Assembly (NCBI GenBank): GCA_963755715.1
Contig: CAVWLW010000045.1
Location: forward strand, 32,001 to 96,000
DNA length: 64,000 bases
Source: an uncultured delta proteobacterium
Lineage (GTDB): Bacteria; Desulfobacterota; Binatia; UBA9968
Reading direction: 5' to 3'
Part shown: in pieces, positions 10,124 to 19,699 of the stretch
How the letters are laid out: each line of letters opens with the position of its first letter
Numbering within the stretch: position 1 is the stretch's first letter
Notes under the pieces: generated by a model
What the model was told of the DNA's origin: nothing
Seen by the model: the letters and a program-made list of their open reading frames with translations, nothing else
The model's database searches: none
Made by a program: the position numbers and the translations under genes

Positions 10124-10245
10124 AACTTAAAATTCTTTAACGTATGCTAACGCCAATGTCCAATTGCCGAGACGCCCCTGGACAAAAATAGCAAAAAAGA
10201 ATAATGATGAAAGAAATCAGGGTCCTAACTACAGGAGGATAAGCT

Positions 10246-11307
10246 ATGAGCACAGCCGCTGCGGTCAAGCGAACCGCGGAACAAGTACTGGGAAAAGATA
10301 AGATCATTTCGTCAGATTCCCATATCATGGAGCCGGTGGATCTATGGGAAGCCAACCTGACGCCAAGCCTCAAAGCCAAATTTCCGAAGTTTCCGCCGCG
10401 CAACACGGCCGGTGAGAAACCGGGCGGACACGATCCAAAGGCGCGCTTGGATGAGATGGCCGTCGACGGCGTCAGCGCCGAAGTTTTGTATGCGACGCAC
10501 GGACTGCGGCTTTACGCGCTGGAAGACGCCGAACTGCAAGAAGCCTGCTTTCAGATCGCTAACGATTGGATGATCGATTACTGCCAATCCTCGCCGGGGC
10601 GGCTGTTCGGTATCCCGATGATCTCGATGTACAACATCCCGAACGCCATCAAAGAGCTCGAGCGTTGCAAGAAGCAGGGCATGATCGGCTGCATGATTTG
10701 GCAGGTACCGCCCGAGCATCTGCCGTTTACCAGCGACTATTACAACCCATTCTGGGAAGCAGCGTCGGAGCTCGACATGCCGGTCAATGTGCATATCTTG
10801 ACCGGGTTCAACTATAGCCGCTTCGAGCGCAAGGGTTTGGATACGTATCGGATGACCGTCAATCAGAAGCTCACCGACGCGGCGAATACCTTATTCGATT
10901 TCGTCTTCGGCGGCGCGTTGGCAAAATACCCGAAGCTGAAACTCGTCTACGTCGAAAATGAAGTCGGCTGGATCCCGTTCTACTGCCACGAATGGGATAA
11001 ATATTTCGTGCGCCACAGCCCCAAGGCGCCGCTGGCGTATATGAAAAGGCTGCCGAGCGAGTACGTGCAAGATCAGGTTTTCGCGACCTTCTTCAGCGAT
11101 CCGTGCGGCGGGCGCATGATGGATTGGTTCGGCGAAAATAATTTCATGTGGTCGAGCGACTATCCGCACGCCGCGTCGACCTGGCCCCATTCGCGCCAAG
11201 TCATCGCCGACGAGCTCGGCCATCTGCCGAAACCGGTCATCGACAAAGTCGTACGGAGCAACGTGATCGATCTCTATCACCTGAAGGTTGACGGCGTTAA
11301 CAACTAA
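10246..11307 (+). CDS. Amidohydrolase_2 family protein
   Basis: IISSDSH, VENEVGW, MWSSDYPH; RBS AGGAGG. Confidence 0.9.
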   Translation: MSTAAAVKRTAEQVLGKDKIISSDSHIMEPVDLWEANLTPSLKAKFPKFPPRNTAGEKPGGHDPKARLDEMAVDGVSAEVLYATHGLRLYALEDAELQEACFQIANDWMIDYCQSSPGRLFGIPMISMYNIPNAIKELERCKKQGMIGCMIWQVPPEHLPFTSDYYNPFWEAASELDMPVNVHILTGFNYSRFERKGLDTYRMTVNQKLTDAANTLFDFVFGGALAKYPKLKLVYVENEVGWIPFYCHEWDKYFVRHSPKAPLAYMKRLPSEYVQDQVFATFFSDPCGGRMMDWFGENNFMWSSDYPHAASTWPHSRQVIADELGHLPKPVIDKVVRSNVIDLYHLKVDGVNN

Positions 11308-11335
11308 ATTACAAACCACCTTGAAAGGAGTTCCC

Positions 11336-11818
11336 ATGCACGCAGCGAGAAAGTTAGAACCCACGGAGAAACCGAAGACGCAAAAGTTTTCGCTCAGGAC
11401 CCCGTACATGAAGCAGGGCCGGATCACCCAGCTGGTCGCGGAAACCGAAAACATGTGGATTCATACCAAGATCAACTACGAGGGCGGCGAAAACGAGATT
11501 CACTGTCATCTCGATGAAGACCATTCATTCATCGTGCTCGAAGGGCAGATGAGCGTCTTCGATGAAAACGGCAACGAGATCAAGGTCGAAAAACATCAGG
11601 GCGTCATGATCCCCAAGGGCGCCTATTACCGTTATCACAACACCGGCAAGGAAAACTTGGTCGTGATTCGCGTCGGCGCGGGAGTCAAAGGTCAGAAGCA
11701 GGGCGGCGAAGAAATGCGTGTTCGCCCGGACGGCAAGCCGTTACCGGCTTACTCGGCGGAGAACAAAACAGTGGAGCCGATCGAGGACACGAGATTTTTT
11801 GCGGACTCGGCCGGATAG
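11336..11818 (+). CDS. Cupin domain protein
   Basis: GGENEIHCH.DEDHSFIVLEG and IPKGAYY cupin motifs; RBS AAGGAG. Confidence 0.85.
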   Translation: MHAARKLEPTEKPKTQKFSLRTPYMKQGRITQLVAETENMWIHTKINYEGGENEIHCHLDEDHSFIVLEGQMSVFDENGNEIKVEKHQGVMIPKGAYYRYHNTGKENLVVIRVGAGVKGQKQGGEEMRVRPDGKPLPAYSAENKTVEPIEDTRFFADSAG

Positions 11819-11848
11819 TGTCGAAACCGTTTTGAACAGAGTTCATAT

Positions 11849-11885
11849 CACCGGCCACTGACCGTTCAGTGGCCGGTGTCGTTTT
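11849..11885 (+). terminator. Perfect 13-bp stem-loop between cupin and MOSC genes; possible terminator or mRNA-stability element
   Basis: CACCGGCCACTGA-ccgt-TCAGTGGCCGGTG followed by TCGTTTT. Confidence 0.5.
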
Positions 11886-11895
11886 GGGAGGCGGT

Positions 11896-12459
11896 ATGAC
11901 CCAAGCTATTCGGCCCATGCCGGAAGAAATGCCGGTCGAGTTATGGCGCGGCTTCAAACCTAATAACGCGATGTGGCGGGGAAGTGTCGTCGAAATTTTC
12001 GTCGCGCCGGAATCGGCGGCGGAGATGGTGGCCGTTCCGGAAGTGCGCGCGCTTGCCGACCGTGGTCTTGAAGGCGATCGGTTCTTCCGTGAGTCGTGGA
12101 ATGCCGTCAATCGGTCGGATAAGGCGGTGAGTCTCATCGAAGACGAAGTTCTGCAACTCGCCGCTCAGGAACTCGGCGTCGCATCGATTGCCCAGAAAAC
12201 CCGGCGCAATATTGTCACTCGCGGCGTGCCGCTAATCGAATTGCTCCATCGTGAGTTTACTGTCGGCGGCGTGCTCATGCGCGGCATTCGTTTGTTCGAG
12301 CCCTGCGGCCATTTGGTCAAAGTTTCCAAGATGCCGGGCATTTTCAAGGCGCTAGACCATCGTAGCGGCCTGAAGGCGGCGATCCTCACCGACGGCGAGA
12401 TCCATGTCGGCGATGCGTTGACGCTCGTTGAACCTCAAGCAGCGGTCGTCTCGGCCTAA
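11896..12459 (+). CDS. MOSC domain protein
   Basis: GLEGDRF, RRNIVTRG, EPC, SGL.A.IL.DG.I.VGD; RBS GGAGG. Confidence 0.85.
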   Translation: MTQAIRPMPEEMPVELWRGFKPNNAMWRGSVVEIFVAPESAAEMVAVPEVRALADRGLEGDRFFRESWNAVNRSDKAVSLIEDEVLQLAAQELGVASIAQKTRRNIVTRGVPLIELLHREFTVGGVLMRGIRLFEPCGHLVKVSKMPGIFKALDHRSGLKAAILTDGEIHVGDALTLVEPQAAVVSA

Positions 12460-12554
12460 CGCTCGGGAGTTGCTTGCCTGTCAATCTCACCTGAGTTAGT
12501 TTCCAGCGTGGCCGTACCCGCGGCCATCGGGTCCAACAAATTTACGGAGACTCT

Positions 12555-13495
12555 ATGGAATTCGGACTCCATTTGCCCGCGTCCACGGCGGGGATTAAAT
12601 CGGAGGATCTCATCCGCTTCGCCCAGCAGGCCGAGACGCTGGGATTTTACTGCATCACCGTCGCGGACCACGTCATCGTTCCGCGCGACATCTCTGTGCC
12701 GTATCCGTATACGACCGACGGCAAATATCCTGGCACGGGTTATCACTTGGAAACTCTGATGACCATGGGGTTTCTCGCCGGCGCGACCAATCGCATTCGC
12801 TTTGTCACCAGTGTCATGATCCTGCCGTATCGCAATCCCATCGTTACGGCGAAGATGCTCGCGAGTCTCGACGTTTTGTCCGGCGGGCGCGTGATCGTCG
12901 GCGCTGGGCGTCGGCTGGATGAAGGAAGAATTCGAAACCTTGCGCACCGAGCCGTTCGAGGAGCGCGGCAAAGTCACCGACGAATATATCGCCGCGTTTC
13001 GAGAGTTGTGGACGAGCGACAATCCGAGCTTCAGCGGCAAATATTGCAACTTTTCCAACATCGTCTTTCTCCCCAAGCCCGTGCAGAAGCCGACGATCCC
13101 GATCTGGATCGGCGGCCACAGCAAACAAGCGATCCGCCGTGCCGCGCGCCTCGGCGACGGCTGGCACCCCATCGGCGGCGTGCCGACGATTCCGTTGGAG
13201 CCAGAGGATGTCGCCGCAGATATGTTGATGTTACGCGAATATGCGGAAAAAGCCGGGCGTGATCCAAAAACAATCCGCGTCGCCTTGAAAGGCTCGCTCT
13301 TCGACCGTGAAAAACAAATCACGCCGGGAAAGCGGCGGCGGTTTATTGGCAGCGCCGAAGAGGTCGCCTCAGACATCCGCGACTATCGCAGCGGTCGGCG
13401 TCGACACGATGATTTTCGACGTGCGCCGGCCGAGCATCGCCGAAACGTTGGAGCGGATGGAATGGATGGCGAAGGACGTGTTTCCAAAAGTGTAG
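12555..13495 (+). CDS. LLM-class, probably F420-dependent, oxidoreductase (two frameshifts, ~12906 and ~13390)
   Basis: ADHVIVP, ILPYRNP..AKMLASLDVLSGGR, G[fs]VGWMKEEF, PKPVQKP.IPIWIGG. The three ORF pieces join when one base is removed at each site. Confidence 0.85.
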
Positions 13496-13516
13496 GGCGG
13501 TGTTTCTAAACGTCGC
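13492..13516 (+). repeat. GTAG-type REP-like hairpin
   Basis: GTAGGGCGGTGTTT-ct-AAACGTCGC overlapping the LLM stop codon. Confidence 0.5.
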
Positions 13517-13574
13517 TGAATATTTCATGATTTCCGATTTATGTATCCGCCGTTGCCAAGAAGCTGCGGGATAA

Positions 13575-13660
13575 TGTCATCCTGAGGCAACGCCGAAGGA
13601 TCTCGCCTTTTACGGCTAATGCTTCGGTCGAGATTCTTCACTATTTTGTTTAGGATGACA
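13575..13660. repeat. TGTCAT...ATGACA palindromic REP/MITE-like element
   Basis: Terminal inverted repeats TGTCATCCT / AGGATGACA and internal GAAGGATCTC / GAGATTCTTC; related copies at 31350, 47680 and 58663. Confidence 0.7.
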
Positions 13661-13666
13661 CCGCAT

Positions 13667-14776
13667 ATGATTCTATTGCGGCAATTTTTGGTCTGGTCGA
13701 TTCCGTTGTGGCTTACGGCGTTTGCAGTCGCGGCCTTTGCCGCCGATGCAAAGCCCGGTTGGCAGGGGGACTGGGAGCGAACGCTGGGCGCCGCAGAGAA
13801 GGAAGGCGAAGTTGCCGTCGCCATCTACGATCAGGGGCCGGTGACCGCGGCGGTCGTCGACGCCTTCCAGAAAACCTTTCCGAAAATCAAAGCCAACTCG
13901 CTGCGCGCCCGTGGCAGCCAGATCGGGCCGAAAATCATCGCCGAGCGGCGCGCGGAAAAATATCTGATCGATTTATTCACCGGCGGCAAAGGCACGGCGC
14001 TCAGTACCTTGCACGCCGGCAAGGCGCTCGATCCGATCAAACCGTTATTGATCCTGCCCGAAGTCGTCGATTCGTCGAAATGGTGGCAGGGCAAAGTTCG
14101 TTACGTCGACCCCGAGGGAGCCTACGTCCTCGCGTTTGTCGGCAACGGCGGCGGTGTCGAAGTCACTTTCAACACGAATTTGGTCAATCCAAAAGAACTA
14201 AAATCCTATTGGGATCTCGTCAATCCGAAATGGAAAGGAAAAATCGTCGCTACCGATCCGCGTGTGGCCGGGCAAGACCGGCCGGTGCTGTATTTCTACC
14301 ACAGCCCGGCGTTGGGACCGGATTTCATGCGCCGGCTCTACGGCGAAATGGATATCGCGATCAGCCGGGATTACCGCCAACCGATCGATTGGTTGTCAGT
14401 CGGCAAATACGCGCTCTGCATCCCGTGCAATTCCCGGGAAGTGGAAAAGGGGATGAAACAAGGACTGCCGATTGCACAAATCAACCAATTCAAGGAAGGC
14501 GTCACGCTCACTTCGTCCGGCGGTACGCTCAGTTTCCTCAACCGCGCGCCCCATCCCAACGCCGCTAAAGTCTTCGTCAACTGGTTGTTGTCGCGCGATG
14601 CGCAGACGCTGATGCAGAAATCCGACGGCTCCGATTCGCTGCGCGTCGATATCCCCAAGGATTCAGTCCTCGCGGAAAACCGCCGCCTAGCCGGGGCCGA
14701 ATATCTCGACGGCGACGATCCGAAATTCTCGGATCGCCGTCCCGCCGATAAACTACTCAATGAAATCTTGAAATAG
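13667..14776 (+). CDS. ABC-type extracellular solute-binding protein (Fe3+/thiamine/polyamine-like family)
   Basis: Signal peptide; AAEKEGEV, SYWDL.NPKWKGKI, APHPNAAKVFVNWLLS..Q. Confidence 0.85.
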   Translation: MILLRQFLVWSIPLWLTAFAVAAFAADAKPGWQGDWERTLGAAEKEGEVAVAIYDQGPVTAAVVDAFQKTFPKIKANSLRARGSQIGPKIIAERRAEKYLIDLFTGGKGTALSTLHAGKALDPIKPLLILPEVVDSSKWWQGKVRYVDPEGAYVLAFVGNGGGVEVTFNTNLVNPKELKSYWDLVNPKWKGKIVATDPRVAGQDRPVLYFYHSPALGPDFMRRLYGEMDIAISRDYRQPIDWLSVGKYALCIPCNSREVEKGMKQGLPIAQINQFKEGVTLTSSGGTLSFLNRAPHPNAAKVFVNWLLSRDAQTLMQKSDGSDSLRVDIPKDSVLAENRRLAGAEYLDGDDPKFSDRRPADKLLNEILK

Positions 14777-14931
14777 GATACTCTCGAATTGGTTTTTCGC
14801 GGGCGACTTTTTTCGATGAGGTAAGGATCGGATCCTAGTTTCCCAAGGATGACTGCCGATGCCGAACGCCGAATTTGATTTTCCGGACTGGCCGCATTAA
14901 TCCTCAATTGATGTACCATTCACGGCGCGCC

Positions 14932-15087
14932 ATGCGAACACTATTGGGGTTCGTAATTATCGCGGCTCTCATCCTTGGCTAGGGCTACTATCACGCTGCC
15001 ACTCACGGCTGGATGTACATCAGCTTAATCGATGCATCACCGACGGAGCGAATTGTTCCGCTGCGCTCCAACCGATTCAAAGTTTGA
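14932..15087 (+). pseudogene. Relic of a membrane-anchored or secreted protein with an in-frame TAG
   Basis: MRTLLGFVIIAALILG*GYYHAATHGWMYISL; TAG at 14980-14982 sits where Trp (TGG) would fit. Confidence 0.4.
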
Positions 15088-15357
15088 CGGGTCAACGAAA
15101 TAGTCGAGTCGTAGAGGTCTGGTGGGCCAAGCGGCGTCCCGCTGCTCAAGAATTAGTTTTTTCGCGTTGTCTTAGCGCCTCGATTTTTTTCATAATTTCC
15201 TCCCCGGCTCTGATACCGTTAAAAGACGATGGCGCATTCGGGGACTGAAATACGGCGCATCCGCACCCACACCCGTTAGGTAAGTGAGATTTTTGGCGGT
15301 GCTTACAGTTTTGACACTGTTCCATCTGTCTTTTCCTTTTTAGTTATTTGCGGGCGT

Positions 15358-15607
15358 CTAGCGGACTTGCGGAGCACTTCTTCGCCTCGGTGTTTCGCAA
15401 AACCGGCCGTGGAAGATGCAACGTTCGCTGTTATAGATGGAAAAATTGCCTTTGATCACGTGACTCGCCGGGCAATGAAACTCATCGACCGGGAGCGCGC
15501 TGCTGTTGTTGCGCAACCGCTTGTGAGAATGCCGCTTGGCTGGACCAGTACTTGCCCAATCCCGCCGCAGCCACAAAAAAGATGAGACAAACCAAAAACC
15601 ATTTCAT
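15358..15607 (-). pseudogene. Frameshifted or truncated secreted protein with a 'CP..H.IKGN....C.[YF]H' domain
   Basis: Signal peptide MKWFLVCLIFFVAAAG in one frame and CPASHVIKGNFSIYNSERCIFH in another. Confidence 0.5.
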
Positions 15608-15942
15608 CGGATTTCCGCCTTTCCCTGACGCTCGTCACTATCCCATTAGCGAAAGGCATGCCGCCCGCGATATTCCCTTTAATGCATCAAAGTGCCGTAG
15701 ATTCCGTTTTGGAAGTGCGCACAACTGTCATGGTCCGACAAAAGGTTGTGCGGTGACGGACAGGGCTCCGGTGCCGCGGTATAAAATCTGATGTGCCCCA
15801 TAGTAGGCCAAAATCGCTCGGGAGCAGGCTGCCCAATCACAAACAGTTGCTGCGTCAATCCGTTCGCGCTGATTGCCAACTGAAGTTCTCATTCAAGTCG
15901 TTTCTTTGATAGAAGTTCGCGATAGGAGTATTGATGGGCGGC

Positions 15943-16252
15943 GTTGAGGCCCATCTCCATCGCCGCGTAGTTAATTGGAACAGGAAGAATTGTTGCGGCG
16001 ATAAGCCCGTTTGTTAGCGTGGCAAACGCCGGCCGCACATGGATCAGGTTGTAGTCCTTGCCATATTCAAATCCACGGGAGCCTAAAACCGATCTCAAGG
16101 CGTCGATAAGCGAGTGTGGAATCGTGACCTTGGTCAACGTCGATGGAATCAAGACGATCACCCGGCTCTACAATGAAATGAATCAGACGAAAGGGCCGTT
16201 AGCGAATCCCGCAAAGGATGTGTACCCGAGTTATTTGAAAGGAGCGCTATGA
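15943..16252. pseudogene. Rearranged relic of an NMT1-type solute-binding protein gene
   Basis: Minus strand encodes the mid-protein segment LRSVLGSRGFEYGKDYNLIHV..AFATLTNG.IAATIL.VP; plus strand encodes a C-terminal-like segment NVDGIKTI...KGPLANPAK...SYL. Confidence 0.55.
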
Positions 16253-16543
16253 GATGGGAAATCGTAAAGGAGCCGCCCATGACCAAGATCTAAGAGGTAC
16301 GTTGGAATCATAATCCGCGAACCGGGACCAATCTGCCATTAGAAGGTGTGAAACGCGTACTATGTTTGCCGTTTTTATATTATGCATAGGTCGTAATTTT
16401 GCGGCAGGAAGTCAGCATCACTCGCTATCAAAACTCATCCTAGCTTAGCGCCAGGTGCGGAAGACAGCTCCTACTCATGAATGTTCTTGTTGTTTCTAGC
16501 CGCCGAGTGAATACAATAGCCACTGTTTGATCGGAGGTGTGCT

Positions 16544-17020
16544 ATGGTTGCTACAAGGCACTACGATGAAGATCTCAGAGCCATCGGCCAAGCTCTCGAA
16601 GCTAGAGACATTAGCAATTTTGAACTAAAGCGTCTTACCGACACGTATATCATTAGCGGCATGCCTGAGCAGACTCGCTCGGTTCGTTCAAGGGTACGGC
16701 AGTGGCTGCTGCGATTGCGTAGCGGTACCCGAGATGAATCATTAACGTTTGGATTGGCGGACGTTGAGAAACTTTCCCAAGCGGGGCGAGCGCGGCGCTC
16801 TAAGCCGGGACAGCTTACGGATTTTCGGCGTGTTTCAAATAACTTACGTACAATAGGCGCCTATCTCGATTCCAAGGAGGTTGAACTGGTTGAGCTGCAC
16901 AAAAGGCCAATTTCCATAACACTGTCGTATCGAAATAAGGCAGGAGAGGAACAAAGGGAAGACCGCACCATTTCATCATTCTATAATTTTTTTCTTCAGC
17001 TTTGCGGAAAGCGAAGCTAA
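16544..17020 (+). CDS. Hypothetical protein, duplicated LRxIGxxL[ED] family (copy 1)
   Basis: RBS GGAGGT; 158 aa; LRAIGQALE and LRTIGAYLD; similar to the genes at 55862 and 56825. Confidence 0.8.
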   Translation: MVATRHYDEDLRAIGQALEARDISNFELKRLTDTYIISGMPEQTRSVRSRVRQWLLRLRSGTRDESLTFGLADVEKLSQAGRARRSKPGQLTDFRRVSNNLRTIGAYLDSKEVELVELHKRPISITLSYRNKAGEEQREDRTISSFYNFFLQLCGKRS

Positions 17021-17292
17021 ACGAAAAAAATCACTGCTCCATTAAATCTTCCGAATGCTCGGCCGCTGCTCAAACCTGAGCGTATCCACCGATTGAAGGG
17101 CCGGTCCTCGGGGTGCGGCTGTCGCATCGCGTGCGTCATAATTTGAGGCGAACAATCGGCAAGGACTAACAAGTCCGGGCGTTGTGCGTTACCATGACAG
17201 GTGAAGAAAGTTCCTGATCGAAACCCACCGTTGTGCGCCACTGCTTACGACGGTTGACTGTAGAACTAGGCCGGTGAAAGCAGCTTAGGTCG

Positions 17293-17776
17293 ATGTTTTT
17301 TGACGTGAAAACGAAACAGTTCAAGTCGTCCGACGGAATTGCCGCAGCCATTGCGATTGCTTGCGTCCTGTTTTTTTCGTTCGAAGTACTACCTCAACAG
17401 CAAGAGCTGGCTGTCTTACTATCCAGCGGTTTCAAGGCTACAAGGGACGCTCACTAAAGTCTTCAAATACGGTAAGCCGTCCTACGGCGCAGAGCCAGAA
17501 ATGGATGAGAAAGTAGAAGTGCCCATTCTGATTCTTCAAACGCCCGTGCGGGTCAAGGCCCGATCGACTAGCAGCGTCAACAACGAATCCGTCACCAATG
17601 TTTCATTTGTCCAACTCATCTTCCCACCCGAGATTGATGAAAATTATGCAAAACATCTCGACAAAAATATCGTCGTGGCGGGAACGCTCGTGAGGGGTTA
17701 TAAAGGAGAGCACTTTACCGACGTGGTAATGACCGTGAAGGCAGTGAATCCGACCGGAAAACCCACGACCCGGTGA
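17293..17776 (+). CDS. DUF4431-like secreted protein (frameshift ~17404)
   Basis: LSYYP...LQGTL...YG.P.YG..PE, VQL and V.V.GTL......HFT.V pattern. The hydrophobic leader AAAIAIACVLFF lies in the upstream frame. Confidence 0.6.
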
Positions 17777-18324
17777 TAGGCCGTAGTGAAGTTGCGTGCA
17801 AACACGCCGTATCGAGCGGCTATATCGTAAAAAGTTTCGTACTCACTCGCTCAGGACGATTGACCTTTGAGGACAATGAACGAAACCAGCGCGACAAGGG
17901 CTCGCCACCACCCAAAGCGAGAAGTTCGATTCTTAATAGACCGTCTTTTTGGCTCAAACGGCTCATTTATGATTCGAGACATTGTTCAACCTCGTGAAAC
18001 CAATGTTGTGGCGGAGCAAGACGGATGCCAATTAAATATGGCGCTATGATTCGACAAACCGGTGGAAAATTGTTGAGAAAAGCGCTGCGGATTCTGTTTA
18101 CCGGCAGGTTACCGAAGTTACCCACCGTCAACCTTGTCTTGTCAAATTGACGCTTCGTCAAAACTGCCTGACTGAGAAGACCCAATTCTACCATTCTAAC
18201 GGTCGGGTTACGAACCCGCCATGCGTAAGCGCTGGTTCAATAAGAGGCTGTAGGATCAAACTTTGACAAGAGTCAGCAAAACAGTCGACTCTCGGGATTG
18301 AAATCAATGTAAAGGAGATAAAAC

Positions 18325-18921
18325 ATGCGCGAGATCCTGACAGATATCTTCACTTGGCCGTGGTTTTCGGAACCGCACGGATACAATTTTAACGGGCACT
18401 TCATTCGGCACGCTGGTAGGAATCTATGCGTCGATCCCGTGGAGCCGAGTGAAGAGGATTTGGCCGAGCTGGCGCGTCAGGGGGTCGCGCGCATTCTCAT
18501 TACCAATCGCAACCATTCGCGCGCGGCGAACAAGATTCGTGCACGCACCGGCGCACGGACGGCGATCCATCCAGCCGATGCGCCGCACGCTCGCAAAGAA
18601 GGTGCGGAGCTGGATGACGAATTGAATCCAGGGGACAAAGCTGGTCCGTTCGTGGTGATCGACTCGCCGGGGAAATCGCTGGGAGAAGTTGTCCTTCACT
18701 GGCCGGAGCGAAGAATCCTGCTCGTCGGGGATGCTGTGGTCGGCGATCCGCCTGGGAGGTGCAAGCTCTTACCGGACAAGGTGGTGGACGATCCACCGCG
18801 CCTACGCGACAGCGCGCGGGGATTGCTGGCGCTCGACTTCGATATTTTATTGGTGGGTGACGGCGTGCCGATTCTACAGTCGGCTAAGGAGCGGCTGCGG
18901 GAATTAGTTGATACATTTTAG
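18325..18921 (+). CDS. Metallo-beta-lactamase-fold protein (degenerate metal motif)
   Basis: VDP, ILITNRNHSR, PGKS.GE, LLVGDA, LLVGDG; RBS AAGGAG. Confidence 0.75.
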   Translation: MREILTDIFTWPWFSEPHGYNFNGHFIRHAGRNLCVDPVEPSEEDLAELARQGVARILITNRNHSRAANKIRARTGARTAIHPADAPHARKEGAELDDELNPGDKAGPFVVIDSPGKSLGEVVLHWPERRILLVGDAVVGDPPGRCKLLPDKVVDDPPRLRDSARGLLALDFDILLVGDGVPILQSAKERLRELVDTF

Positions 18922-19112
18922 CATCCAGACGGGTTCGAATCGTTCCAACGGTTCAAGAGCTCAAGTTTTGAACCGTTTAAGGGTTCAAATACAGCCAGCC
19001 AACACATCCGCTTATGGCGGACGTTTGTCGGATTATTTTGCGTAATAACCTGTCGAGAATCAGACCGCGCAGTGATTCACCTAGGATCGAGAGGCGGATT
19101 CGTTACGCGGCG

Positions 19113-19397
19113 CTATTTCTGCGGTTTTGTGGGCTTCGTCTGTTTTCGCGGATCTTCGTTTTCAGGCAAGCATAGATAAATCATTGAGCTGTTATTGTTA
19201 GTAAAGGTCACACTGTTGCCATCGAACTTGGCGTCTTTAAACTGGCGCCACATGTCCAGTTTTTCTTTTACACTTGCCTGGCACTTTTCCTGAGACCCCA
19301 AGCCGGGCGCGGGTAACCAGCTATCCGAGGTCGCGGTTTGGGTTCGGGTCCAAAGCGTCCACAGCAAAAGCAGACTTATGGCACAGGTCTTTTTCAT
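19113..19397 (-). CDS. Small secreted hypothetical protein (WxLW...C...CLPxxxDPR type)
   Basis: 94 aa, MKK plus hydrophobic leader, RBS GAGGG, two mature-region Cys. Confidence 0.65.
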   Translation of the reverse strand: MKKTCAISLLLLWTLWTRTQTATSDSWLPAPGLGSQEKCQASVKEKLDMWRQFKDAKFDGNSVTFTNNNSSMIYLCLPENEDPRKQTKPTKPQK

Positions 19398-19485
19398 AAA
19401 ACCCTCTCGTCTCCTGGACGTATGTTAGACGATCCATTCGGAAAAATCTTGTATTTAAATGTGCGGTAGCGGTTTGCCTAACCTA

Positions 19486-19510
19486 GCGGGACACGTAGGT
19501 CCGGCCCTAC
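19486..19510 (-). repeat. GTAG-type REP-like hairpin
   Basis: Minus strand reads GTAGGGCCGGAC-ctacgt-GTCCCGC. Confidence 0.55.
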
Positions 19511-19699
19511 GACTGACGCTGCTGGTGTTGGCAATCGCCTGCGTAAGATTCCTGTGCGCGCCGTCCCGTTACCGGCATTGCCCGCTCTTTCTCAATCCGA
19601 GTTAATCCGGAGCTTCGTTTCAGCACTGCGTACTCACTTGACACATGGCTTGTCCGGGGCGTACAGGGTGACAAGAAGCGGCGAAGGGAGAAATAAATT

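Noticed and set aside
14980-14982. In-frame TAG as possible pyrrolysine or readthrough
   Set aside because: The context fits a TGG-to-TAG nonsense change in a truncated relic; no pyl genes are seen.
15146-15193. MKKIEA start resembling PII (GlnB)
   Set aside because: Similarity ends after six residues and I could find no PII motifs in other frames.
18931-18946. GGTTCGAATC resembling a tRNA T-loop
   Set aside because: No acceptor, D or anticodon stems around it; it belongs to a GTTCxA short-repeat tract.
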